From the NCBI GenBank assembly GCA_040954595.2, contig CM082591.2, positions 7,988,047 to 8,052,046 of the forward strand: 64,000 nt of DNA, in the 5' to 3' direction. Both the position numbers and the translations under genes were made by a program. Under the pieces are notes generated by a model. It was not told the origin of the DNA and ran no database searches. It saw only the letters and a list, made by a program, of their open reading frames with translations. Shown here one piece after another: positions 20,430-31,876 of this stretch; the first letter of the stretch is position 1, and every line of letters begins with the position of its first letter. The stretch comes from Balanoglossus misakiensis. Its lineage: Eukaryota > Animalia > Hemichordata.

Positions 20430-21086
20430 TTTGTTTATTTTGAGTCCGCAAAAATGCAGTTTCGCGCCCTTTATTTTACAAAATTTTCTAATGTGGGAGG
20501 GGGAACCCCCTCCCACACCCACCCCCTCCATTCATCAACACCTTTCAATCATTGACTGGTTTATCTATAGTGTCCCAAGTCAGGGGACTTGCCCCCCACC
20601 CCATGATAACTTTGAGCGGCGACGATTAAATTTGTCCTCCCCAACATACCGGTAGTTGATTTAATTTGCTTTTGCCGGGTTCATTAAAATGCAGCTTTGA
20701 GCTCTGTATTTTACAAAATTTTCTTACGTGGGAGGGGGACACCCCCTCCCAAACCCACCCCCTTCAATTCTCGGTTTACAATGTCTCCTAACACAGAATA
20801 CAAATACTTAACAAATAAAAACAATGTTCAGTTTTAATACCCACTGATGAGGGGAAACATCAGTTTCAAATTCTTTTCATGGGAGTGCTGTTTTTCTTTT
20901 TTTACAAGATAGATAGGTGATGTGTTCTCTGTGAAAGAAAATGGGGGGGGGGGATTTCAAAATTTTGGCAGTTCGGAAGAGGGGGATTTGAAAATATTTC
21001 GGGTTGTGTACGGGGGGCATGTGAAAATTAGCGGTAAAAAAAATTGAATTCTCCCCCCCCCTCCAGAGGTGTTTGTGAATGCAGCC
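20430..21086 (-). mobile_element. One-ended copy of the Harbinger-like MITE seen intact at 54312-55071
   Basis: Reverse-complement match including TIR ..gtgtttgtgaatgcagcc+TAA; the other TIR is missing. Confidence 0.75.
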
Positions 21087-23490
21087 TAAGAACACCAATG
21101 GGAACCTAAAAGGAATCTAAAAACCCTTGTACAAAGCATTTGTACAAGTTGTATTAAAAAAATACTGTCTATGACATCACGTACAGCTACTTTGGCTATA
21201 AGGTAGAGTGTAATGTTAAAAACTGAATGTAATTCTGAATAGAATCATATGTCAACAATAACAATGGTCAGTCATAGAATATCTGACAAAGTTTGATAAG
21301 TTTAATCCGGTGGATAAACTTTTTTTTTTGGGGGGGGTCACATTTTACAATTGAAGAATTTAGGGGGGGACACATTTTAGAAAAGTAATTTCGAGGGGGG
21401 GTTGCCTTTTACATTTAGTCGGCGACTCAAATTCCACCGCCCCCCCCCCCCTCCCTGTAAAAAACGAATGCTCCCTAAGGATGATCAAAATAGCACGTGC
21501 AGGAGATAAAGTCTGGGAGGTTCCCACAAAAATGGGCTATTGGGAACCAGTGCCACCCTGTACGATGTCTGGCTCTGCCGTTTTCATTTCGGCTTGCAAC
21601 AATACGGCTGAATGTGGAATACAAATAATATTATAATGAAAGTACAGGAACGCATCTCAATTTCAAACAGTCTTGTCTCAAAATCCCTCAAAATAAACTG
21701 TAAAAATAATTCAAAACAGCCTTAATTTATTTTGTCAACACTCAGTACATGTAGCGACTGCACCTACAATTAATTTCTGTTCTTAATTTTTCTTCAAAAT
21801 GTGGAAAATAACTCCAAAAATTATGAAAGTGACATTGGTTCAGTGTTAAGTTTGTTGCCATGGCCATAACATGTAGTTACTAGTATATACATGTACTGTT
21901 ATTCTATGATTGACAGATTGATACTGTGGAAGGGCAGTGGAGCCCTGAAGGTCAAATGAGGTCACACTGCAGCAATATGTATGGTTTAAATGTTAACTAT
22001 ACTATAGGGTACATTAACACCATGTCCAAATATAATGGACAGAATAGCTAAACGGAAACCTTAATCTAAATTCTGTTATCATTACTTATAGGTGAGTGAT
22101 CACAATCTATTTTTGGTACCTTGTTATCTTATCAAATATTTGCAGTGTGCAGACCACAGTTACCAGCAGCATTATGGTATTTGTAAAGTTTAGGTTTGAA
22201 GTGATCCATCAAAAGTGTTCTTGGGAGAAATATGTTGAAATGTCAATCATTACTTATTGATCAAAATTGACCTGCATGCAGTGCATTTCAAATAAGTTTC
22301 ATTCTTTCATTTTCAATTCATGTCTGGAAGGGAGCATTCAAAAAATTGACATGACAGCTTTTCCCCACACAAATTTAGCCAATTGGTGGGTACACACCAC
22401 ATCTATTATTAATATTCATGAGTTTACTTTTCTTGTTATACGTACACTCTTATAACAATGGAAAATCTTGAGGATGGCTATTACATCAAGCTGACAACCC
22501 CCCGCAAGTGTATGTCATGTACATAAACAAAAATAGTCTGGTGTGTGGAGCCGCCTCCCTTTTTTACAGGAAGTACTTTTGAAATATTTTTTTTGCTATC
22601 AGTCCACACTCATGATCAGTTTTGTGTCAGAATTATAGTCATATCAACATTTCGAGTAAGACTTTACCAGAAGAACTTGTTTTTGTTGTGGCTCTGATTT
22701 GGGCCGTTTTAAACTGGGGTTTCAAAAAGTTTGGCGACTTTTAGGACCACGGTCACGTCACACTTGCCATGCTGGGGACTTGCTGGGGGTGGGGTAGACT
22801 CTTCAGTCGCTGTGTCTGTCGATAAGGAATGGAACTTTCGTTCGTACGACGTGCATTTCATTTTCAGTATCACACAGTCTTGGAGCAAGACTAGGGGTGG
22901 GGTTGCTTGTTGACGGTGCCAAGAGGAGTCAGCCAGTTTTAGCTTGTACTTCAGGCCAAATAGTGCAGTGCCAACCTAATTTACCTCTAATAAACTTTAT
23001 AAAATATAATACATTGTAACACTAAATTGTTCAGTCGGATGATTTTTGTCATCATTCTGAGCAACACAACAGCATCGTTTAGAGTGCTCTTTCTCTAGGA
23101 AATCGCTCAAGCTTATAAAACATGAGGTCTGTGCAGCTCCACTCGCCAGCTTCTCATCACTGTCTGTCACCTACCCGATCATTTCAAAGGGGTGATCAAA
23201 ATGGCCAGAACAGCCAATTTTAACCAACCAGGTTCAAAAACCTGAGAAAAGGTGCTAAAAGCATGCCATAGATATATTGACGAGATAAACATTGGGAATA
23301 GTAGGATTAAAGGAGGTGTGACTGGTCCAACCTGTTCAGTTTTAGTGTGGGGAACGGCTGGAATGATAAAAATAATGTTGCTTTCATAATTTTTACCAAA
23401 TTTCAGTATTAATAAATCATATGTTTGGCCAGATCAATTAATTCAAATCAATAAAAATCGTCGAGAATTACATGTATTTCTGATGTAATT

Positions 23491-24235
23491 CTTTTTGAGG
23501 GTGTTCGTGTGTTTCTGTGACCGAAACCATCATGATTGAGGACACGCAGAAAGAATAATAACAGTTCAGGGTTCGCGTTAGCACAGATAATCTACGTTTT
23601 CACGCAAGATTGTAATGATTGCACTCAAGAAAAGACGCGCTGGTGTGAGCACTGCGCGCAAACGTTTCTCATGCCGGCTAAAAGTGGCTATTGATCTGCA
23701 GTAGCTAGGCAACTATATCGGTATTATGACTCCGCTTGCACGTCTGAGGTAAAACAAACAATACGTTGCAAGCGCATCAGGTCATGCAAGCGTCAAAAAC
23801 AAGTTACCTAAAATGTTACAAAATTTGTCCACTCGCCGTACTGGTGAACCCTTGTAGATTTCTTTTTGAGAGTTTTCGTGTGTTTCTGTCACATGGGGAA
23901 GCCGTCATGGTTGAGGACACGCAGAAAGAATAATAACAGTTCAGGGTTCGCGTTAGCACAGATAATCTACGTTTTCACGCAAGATTGTAATGATTGCACT
24001 CAAGAAAAGACGCGCCGTTGCAAGCACTGCGCGCAAACGTTTCTCATGCCGGCTAAAAGTGGCTATTGATCTGCAGTAGCTAGGCAACTATATCGGTATT
24101 ATGACTCCGCTTGCGCGTCTGAGGTAAAACAAACAATATGTTGCAAGCGCATGAGGTCATGCGCGCTTCAAAAACAAGTTACCTAAAATGTTACAAAATT
24201 TGTCCACTCGCCTTACACGTGAACCCTTGTAGAGA
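23491..24235. repeat. Two ~372-bp tandem units, each a 75-bp flank plus a hAT-like MITE (cagggttc..gaacccttg), A-specific
   Basis: Direct repeat visible. Unit B has only the single 75-bp flank, at ~47268. Confidence 0.75.
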
Positions 24236-24239
24236 CTAT

Positions 24240-24790
24240 TTAGAGGTTATAAACGGCTAGCGAGGGTATTTGGTTGCGGATATAAGACCTCTCAGGTGAA
24301 AAATTAGCATATTTGGCGGGAAATAATCACCGAGCGAAGCGAGGTGATTATTTCACCCAAATATGCTAATTTTCACCTGAGAGGTCTTATATCCGTACCA
24401 AATACCCGAGCGCACCGTTTATAACCTCATTATAATATGATTTTGCTTGATAAAGATAAACAATTTCATTTTTTCTAATCCGTTGTTTGGTTAATTATTG
24501 GGGATAAATCGTGCTAGTTCTAGGGCCTCGTCGCGCACTGTTCCAGAACACCAAGCTGAGCTCGCGCAAACGCGTTCTAGAATTTCTAAAGTCACGCGAT
24601 TTTATTCCACCGCCAATTAGAATGTAGAAAGTGCGTTCTATTCAGGCGCGTTCTCTTCTACGTGTTCTATTTCGGTTACTTTTTTAAAACTATTCACTGT
24701 TCAGGGTCCAGGTACTAGGTCTTCTTGCCGAGAATATAAACCCCGGCTCCAGCCAATCAGCGAGCTGGATTCACACCAAACATATTATAA
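24240..24790 (-). mobile_element. TSD-less long-hairpin element, family 2
   Basis: Hairpin 24243-24428 with ~88-bp arms and centre cgagcgaagcgag; subterminal IR attataatatg / catattataat; same end motifs as family 1 in reverse orientation. Confidence 0.8.
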
Positions 24791-24898
24791 TTCTGATTGA
24801 ATTCTTTTTGAGGGTGTTCATGTGTTTCTGTCACATGGGGAAGGCGTCATGGTTGAGGACAGAAAGAATAATAAGACTGTCACAATATATCACTAACC

Positions 24899-26450
24899 CT
24901 CTTAATTTTGTAACAGAGTGGTTGATTCCTTCACAAGGTAGAACTTCAATCCATGGTTCACTGCCAAAGCTACAGTAGGTTCAATTGTCATAAACAGGAG
25001 AAATCCCTGAGTCTGGTTCCAAGTACCACAGAGCTGCTCAGTACTTGTCACATACCTGTGTTGTAGATGTGATATCAGAGTTTGGAATCTCTTTGCCACC
25101 ACCCATTAAAAACATGTCACCTACCAGGGCTATATGTATTCAGTGTATTCAGTTAAAAAACAAGATAATAAATCATCAGCTCCAGTAGAACATACCTCTC
25201 AAAACGGTTGTTGCGGAGTGGTTGATTCCTTCCCTAGTTAGAACTTCAATCCAGGTATATCTGAAATAAGTGATATTATTCACATGTAAATACCGGTACA
25301 TGTATATTGGTATTCACTATATTCTGATCATCTTTCAAGGCAAGAAAAGTTTGGATGCTTAATTGTTGCGTTATTTCCAATAGAATTCTTTTTAAAGGTG
25401 TGCGCTCAGTAAAATTGAAAGTATTGTCATTTTTTTAGTTGTGGATTTTTGGATTCTCCTTTGTATGTATAATGAAAATCCGTAATAAAATATAGGGGTC
25501 ACCGCACTTGTTTTTGAAATACAGAGCCATGAATTTAGTCGATAATAGAAGAAGAGAAAGACAGAAAATCACCAAGTTCAATGCAACATTACCTCTTAGT
25601 GTTGTAACAGATAAGTTGATTCCTTCAGAAGTTAGAGTTTCAATCCATTTGATCCATGCAAAGCTAGAGTAGCTCCCACTGGCAAAAAGAGGAGAAATCC
25701 CTGAGTCTGGTTCCGATCGAGTACCACAGAGCTGCTCAGTACTTGTCACATACCTGTGTTGTAGATGTGATATCAGAGTTTGGAATCTCTTTGCCACCAC
25801 CCATTTACAACATGTCATCTACCAGGGGTATATGTATTCAGTGTATTCAGTTAAAAAACAAGATAATAAATCATCAGCTCCAGTAGAACATACCTCTCAA
25901 AACGGTTGTTGCGGAGTGGTTGATTCCTTCCCTAGTTAGAACTTCAATCCAGGTACATCTGAAATAAGTGATATTAGTCGCATGTAAATACAAATCCTAG
26001 ACATTTTTCATTTAGGTCTATTTTCAAGTTGACAAAAGTTTAGAGGCTTAATTGTTGAGTTATTCCAATAGAATTCTTCTTGTTGATGTCGGGTTCTGTT
26101 AGTTGAAAATGAAAGAGGTTGTGGCTCGAGTTTGAGGACTAAAAGAAAAAGACAGAAAATATCACCAAATATTCAATGTGACGTACGTACCTCTTAATGT
26201 CGTAACAGAGTGTTTGATTTCCTCACAAAGTAGAACTCTCCAGGTGAATAACTGAAGCTAAGGTCCCAAAATTATCAAGAGTGTTAGTGCTCACCAGAGA
26301 AAAATGGCAGATAAAGTTGCTGAGCGATCTACCAAGTGCTGTACACTTGTCATGTGATCAGACTTTAAATACCTGTGTTGTACAAATGTATCACGTACAG
26401 TCTGGACTCAAAGTTCAATTGCCATCGTGTCCATTTAGAACATGTCAGCA
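24899..26450 (-). pseudogene. Cluster of degenerate repeated exon-like segments (..WIEVLxxEGINHSVTxLRG|gt); paralogous cluster at 47379-48250
   Basis: Five related segments, most ending in AGAG|gt donors, with in-frame stops. Could be 5'UTR exons or remnants of another gene. Confidence 0.4.
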
Positions 26451-27090
26451 ATTGAAATTCAGTTAACTTTGAAAATGTTTAATGCAACTTTGTCATCTTC
26501 TACTCAATTTAACCATATATTTTTTCTGATAAATTTTCCTTTGCTTTTTAATTGTTAACATGACAATAGGCTTAATGAGGTAAAGGTCAGATAAGACCAG
26601 TTGCACATATACCGCTGTTAACTGATTAAAATTTAGTCATCCAAATTAAAAGCAAATATGGATAATATGAACAAGTTGTAAAATTTATAATTCTGCAAAA
26701 TAAAAAAAATAGTATAGCAAAATTTACTTCTCACAAACAGTAATGGCCGCTGATCTATTTCAAACAATAAAGACAGTTTTTGATTGATGGTACTTTGTCA
26801 AACACTGAAGCAAGGATAAATGTCTACCATTTGATTTTATCAGTTTAGATATGCCAGGCTTTGCAGGTATTTTGTTTATTTTGTGATTTGTTCTGTGTTA
26901 ATGTCATTCTGTCCCCAGAGATAATATCGTAGTTGATAAGCAAATGGCCTCTGAGTATTGGACCTGTATATAACCGTACATTTCTAAAAAATGAAATAAA
27001 TTGTACCTACCAGAGGAACAGGACTAAGGTGGCCCATGTAATTGTAATTGAAACATCTCCAAAAGTGACTATCATTTCATAAATAATGAT

Positions 27091-30000
27091 TTATTTTATC
27101 CATTTAAGCACTGTCTCATTCACTCCTACTGAAGTCACTAGTTTGTCATTTCTAGTCTTCCAGCTCCCAATCCAAAGCCCCTCTGATTTGCCAACATTGA
27201 GACATAGACCTGATATGTCTCCAAACTTGTGAATAGTGTTAATTGCCTGATTCAGCAAGTTCAACTTTGCCTGGTCGTGTCCAAAATAATTACCTAGACA
27301 TTTAATTGGGGATTTCTCCCATTTTAATCCCACTAGTTTGTCATTTCTAGTCTTCCAGCTCCCAATCCATAGCCGCTCTGATTTGCCAACATTGAGACGT
27401 AGACCTGATACGTCTCCAAACTTGTGAATAGTGTTAATTGCCTGATAAATTGACATATCGTTGGCTGCTGATAAAAAGTGTAGCGTCGTCTGCGACCTAA
27501 GAAATTTTGACTTCTGCATGGTGTGGAAAGTTCACAACATTTGTTTGAATATGTATACCATTAATGCTTGTATTCTGTATTACATGACAAGCCATAATCT
27601 CCACGGAAAGAAGAAAAAGTAATACAGATAGAGGACAGCCTTGACGTACGCCTCTATTCAATTGAAAATTTTCAGAACACCAACTATAGTTGATAATACA
27701 ACTTTCACATACATTATAAATTGACTTGACATATTTTATAAACTGAGGCCCAAACCCAAATTAAGCTAGTGTCACAAAAAGGAAATTCCACTCTAAAGAA
27801 TCAAAAGCCTCATTTCATTTTATTTCATAGTTTATTCGCTAATGTATGTTTAAAAATAAAATACACCAGAAATCTCATTGGCTCGAACTCTAACAATATT
27901 AAGACATTTGCAATGTAAAAACAGGGTCAACAAACACCGATAAAATACAAACACTCACTATAAAAAGTTACGAATATCTGGCTAAAGGGTCCATCCCATT
28001 CAATTGACGGACTGCTGATGGATAAAAACTTTTCCTATGACGTTCTGATTTTGTTGCAATTGAGCGGTAACGCTTGCCTGATTGCAAAAGTGAAAACTGA
28101 TGAAAGGCAGGATGAGAAGAATCGGAGAGTATATACTTTGTTTTCTTGTGCATCCTAGATCTGTATAGGTCATCTAATTGAGGCAGGTTTACACCAGTAA
28201 TGCGCTCGGCAGAACATATTACTCTGTTTAATAGACGACGGTCTCCAACAGTTGAGCTCCCGTACCAGACAGCAATGGAGACTGTCAACACACTCTCGAC
28301 AACTGCCCGATAAAATTTTATCAGGAGATCCCTGCTAAGACCGAAGCCCGCCAGCCTTCGTAAAAAGAACAATCGTCGCTGAGCTTTCTGAACACAATGC
28401 TCGACGTGCGCCTGCCAGGTTAAATCACTAGAGATGTGGATGCCGAGGAATTTAAAGGTGTCAACTATCTCGACATCTGTACCATTGATAGACAAAGGTG
28501 TGAGGGGAGTCTTATTCCTCCGAAAATCGATAATGACCTCTTTTGTCTTGCTTACATTTAATTCTAAGTTATTGGCAGCGCACCACATCTCCAATTCATC
28601 AACCTGGCGGCGATAATTGATCTCATTTTCGTCAATCAACCCAGCAACAGTTGTATCATCTGCAAATTTAATAGTGAGACAGTTTTCAAACCACGCTATG
28701 CAATCGGAAGTCATTAGAGAATAAAGCAATGGAGACAGGGCACAACCTTGTGGTGCACCTGTATTCAAAACCAGTGTTTTAGAATATCGTGAACCTATTC
28801 TGACCATCTGTGGTCGGCCTGTAAGAAAGTCAAGAATCCAGCTTGAAATGTTGTGGTCCATACCAATGCTTATTAGCTGACTATGCAGCCTGAATGGCAG
28901 GATAGTGTTGAACGCTGAGCTAAAGTCGATGAATAACATGCGAGCATACGTTGGCCTTTTCCTATCAAGATGTGGTAAAATATATTCTAAAGCAAGTGAA
29001 ACTGCATCTTCAACCGAACGTTTTGACTTATAAGCAAACTGATATGGGTCGAATCTGTCTGGAATAAAAGATTTCATGAATCTTGCAACGAGCTTTTCAA
29101 AACATTTCATTACGATAGAGGTTAGAGCAACCGGGCGATAATCATTCATGCTAATTACTGGTGTGCGTTTTGGTACTGGGATTATTGTTGATGTTTTGAA
29201 AATGACTGGAACGTGACAGGTGCGAAGTGACCAATTGAAAACTTCAGTGAAAATACCACACAACTGTAGGGCACACATTCTAAGCAATCTTGGTGATATA
29301 TTGTCCGGCTCTGGGGCCTTACGCATATTTAACTTCAAAAACTCACGTTTCGTATTATTGCATGAGATATATAATGTCCTGTCAGAGTCAATGGGCACAG
29401 TTGGTATTTCAGTTGCGCGATCAAAGCGACTGTAAAACAAGTTCAAATCGTCAGGAAGCGATGGGTCATCTGGGATTCTTGGTTTTGATTTAAAGTTGTA
29501 ATCAGCGATTTTTTGAATACCCTTCCAGAGTTCTCGTGAGTTCGTTGATGAAATGTCACTTTCTAATTTGTTTTGATACAAACGCTTGGCTGACTTTATG
29601 CACTTCTTCAGGTCGTATTTAGCCTTGACAAAATCACTGCGATTTCCATGCCTCAAGAAAGAGTAGTGCTCCAGTTAAATCTTCACTGTCAGCAAAATCA
29701 ATAATATCTTGTATCAGCCGAACATTTTGTCCTATATAACGGCCTTTTAAATATGCCGTTTGGTCTGAATTAATTATGCGGGGGAGAATAATTTGAAACC
29801 TATACGTGCGATTGCAAGTGCTAAAATTTGATAGTCAGTATTCAAAAGACTTATTGGTCTCCAGTTGTTTATCAGCTGGTGGTTGTCTTTTTTGTGTAAC
29901 AGACGACTAGTTGCACCACACTGAGAGGTAGAAAGTGTACCAGCTTGCAAACCTTCCACTAGAGAATCATACGCAACGGGGGCCAACATACTTCCAACAT

Positions 30001-31720
30001 CTTTTGTAAAACTCAGCAGGCAGTCCATCAGGTCCAGGTGTTTTATTGCATTTTAAATTTCCAACAGCTTTTGTGCACTCATGAAAGGAAATATTCAAAT
30101 TGCATATTTGTCTCCCATTGTCATTCAAAATGATGGGGGTGTCTACTTCACTCAAATAGTTATGGACATCAGTGGTGGTGACATTTGTAGATGTATACAG
30201 TGTGCGATAAAATGTATTACAATACTCTAAAATTTGGTCTTTTGAAGTAATTATTTGCCCATCATGAGTTAATGAATCAATATTGTTCTGAACATTTCTG
30301 TGCCTTTCCAAATTTAAAAAATACTTCGTACACTTTTCACCTTTTAAGGTTGCTCTGGCTCTAACTTGAGCTCCTTCCATCTGGTTGTTGTGTCAAACTT
30401 GTATTTCATCTTTCAACATTTCATATTCAGCAATGACATTTGAATCAAGAGTTTCATCCAATTTACTTTCTAATGAATGTAGTTTTTGTTCGAACCTTTC
30501 AAGTCTACTGTTTTCCCTTTGACGCCAAATCCTGCGTAAAGAAGATACTAGACTGCTTAATTCTCTTTTTGGTAATGTCCCAGAGGATTCTTTTGGAAAC
30601 GCTTTAATTACAAAACTCAGCTGTTGTGTCGTTGACTACTTTTTGAACACCACTGATGTAGTCATCATTATCCAGTACTGAAATATTTAGACAAATTTGA
30701 CCAGGGCCTCGTTCAATAGAACTTACACCTGCAAATCAATGATATTGCCTGGTGATCCAAAAATAACAAGATTTGATAGATGATTTGAGGACATTACAAA
30801 CCAGATGTTTTGAAACTAAAAAATAATCAAGACGACATGCAACAAAAGGATGAAGCTGGCACCATGTGAACTGCTTGCAATTAGGATGTTGCTGTCTCCA
30901 TATGTCAACAAGTTTCAAATTATTGCACAACTTATTTTGAATACATGATGCAACGCTTAGCTCAGATTTTTCCACCTCAAAATTCAAGACTGTGTTAAAG
31001 TCTCCACCAACAATTCAATTGAAAAGATCCTGTTCATTCAACCAACCAACAAGGCTAGTGGAAAACCTTATTCTTTCTTTAACATTGTTAGGAGAATGTA
31101 CAATTGTGAATCTTAATATTCATAAACATTTTTCGTCCCTCGTCATCGGATACAACATTTATTCAAACTCCAGGTTATGCTTAAAAAAGATTGACACACC
31201 TCTGCTGTGGTTTGTACTTGTAAGCAAATATATGAAAACAACATCCTCTCCACTCCTTGTTAAATCACTTTTGTCAATTCAGGAGTTATATATACGTCTC
31301 TTGCAAGAAAGAAATGTCACATTTCGGATGTTTCAGCCATCTACAAAGTTTTGCACATTTTGATTTATCTCAAATACCATTTACATTTAAAGAAATTATA
31401 TTCAAGCTACTCATTAAAGAGCGTGCTCTGTAAATCCTAAATGAATAAAGAAGCCACCTTTTGACTTTTTTTGCTTTTGAACGACTTATAATGTTTGCTC
31501 TTGGAGTCTTTTCATTATAACTTTCTTTTGGCTTTTGTTGGTTGCTTGACTTCAAAAAGTTGGAAATCTTCGGCCTGGACTTTTTTCCCTCTACGTTACT
31601 TCTCTCAGCATCAACTTGTGTCAAGTTTCATCGGTTTCATTTTCTCTGACCTTCTCTGTGTTGTCCGTAGTTGCTGGCAATTGGTTCATCATATCAGAAC
31701 TACATGTGGACATCGAGTCA
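27091..31720 (-). mobile_element. Decayed Tx1/L1-type LINE (APE endonuclease plus RT fragments), interrupted by a Rex1-type LINE
   Basis: Fragments SLNIISLNVNGI, CRLDYFLVS, KTPGPDGLPAEFYK, NWRPISLLNTDY, GVRQGCPLS, SGLRLNVGKS; many frameshifts and stops. Confidence 0.85.
27811..29651 (-). mobile_element. 5'-truncated Rex1/Babar-type (CR1 group) LINE with open RT ORF 27968-29656
   Basis: DYRPVALTS, FIDFSSAFNTI, GAPQGCALSPLLY, KFADD, KAQRRLFFLRRL; (ATGAA)-like 3' tail at ~27811-27828; no endonuclease. Confidence 0.9.
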
Positions 31721-31730
31721 TCTGACACAT

Positions 31731-31876
31731 AGACCACTTCGCGGATAGAATAACGTAGGATGTTGTGGGACAGTTTGCGTTCTGAGCGTGTGCGTTAGCC
31801 CTGTACTAGACGCTATGTTGAATGCAAATTATACCATCATGCATTGCAGATACCCTATCCGCGAAGTGGATGGTCT
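31731..31876. mobile_element. Small AT-flanked TIR element (copy at ~53989-54136)
   Basis: agaccacttcgcggatag / ctatccgcgaagtgg(atgg)tct, with AT on both sides in A. Confidence 0.6.

Larger units (their letters stand above)
15834..20530 (+). repeat. Three tandem ~1.57 kb units (DIRS RT-end/RH/MT plus MITE left arm)
   Basis: ggtgtaccgtctaatct at 15834, 17394 and 18966; identical ORFs at 17265 and 18837 (period 1572). Confidence 0.92.
19868..21475. mobile_element. PIF/Harbinger-like MITE inserted in the DIRS MT region, with nested elements
   Basis: TIR gggagcattcgttttttacagggaggggg..gcggtggaa and its reverse complement; TAA on both sides; the DIRS frame resumes after it. Confidence 0.85.
14230..21620 (+). 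mobile_element. Truncated, degenerate DIRS-type retrotransposon (RT, RNase H, DAM-like methyltransferase; no tyrosine recombinase seen), A-specific
   Basis: RT motifs KPRLCHDQRYLN, KIDDKSGYDH, LPFGWKCSP, LYIDD; RNase H SDASLGGWGG..IAYKE..VDN..NPADGLSR; MT-like VDLMA..YAFPP. Absent in B, where homology resumes at ~21870 / 45915. Ends are approximate. Confidence 0.85.

Noticed and set aside
27968-29656. RT as part of a diversity-generating retroelement acting on the variable NHL exon
   Set aside because: The RT has Rex1/CR1-group LINE motifs and a LINE tail, and is nested in another LINE. I found no template repeat of the NHL region.
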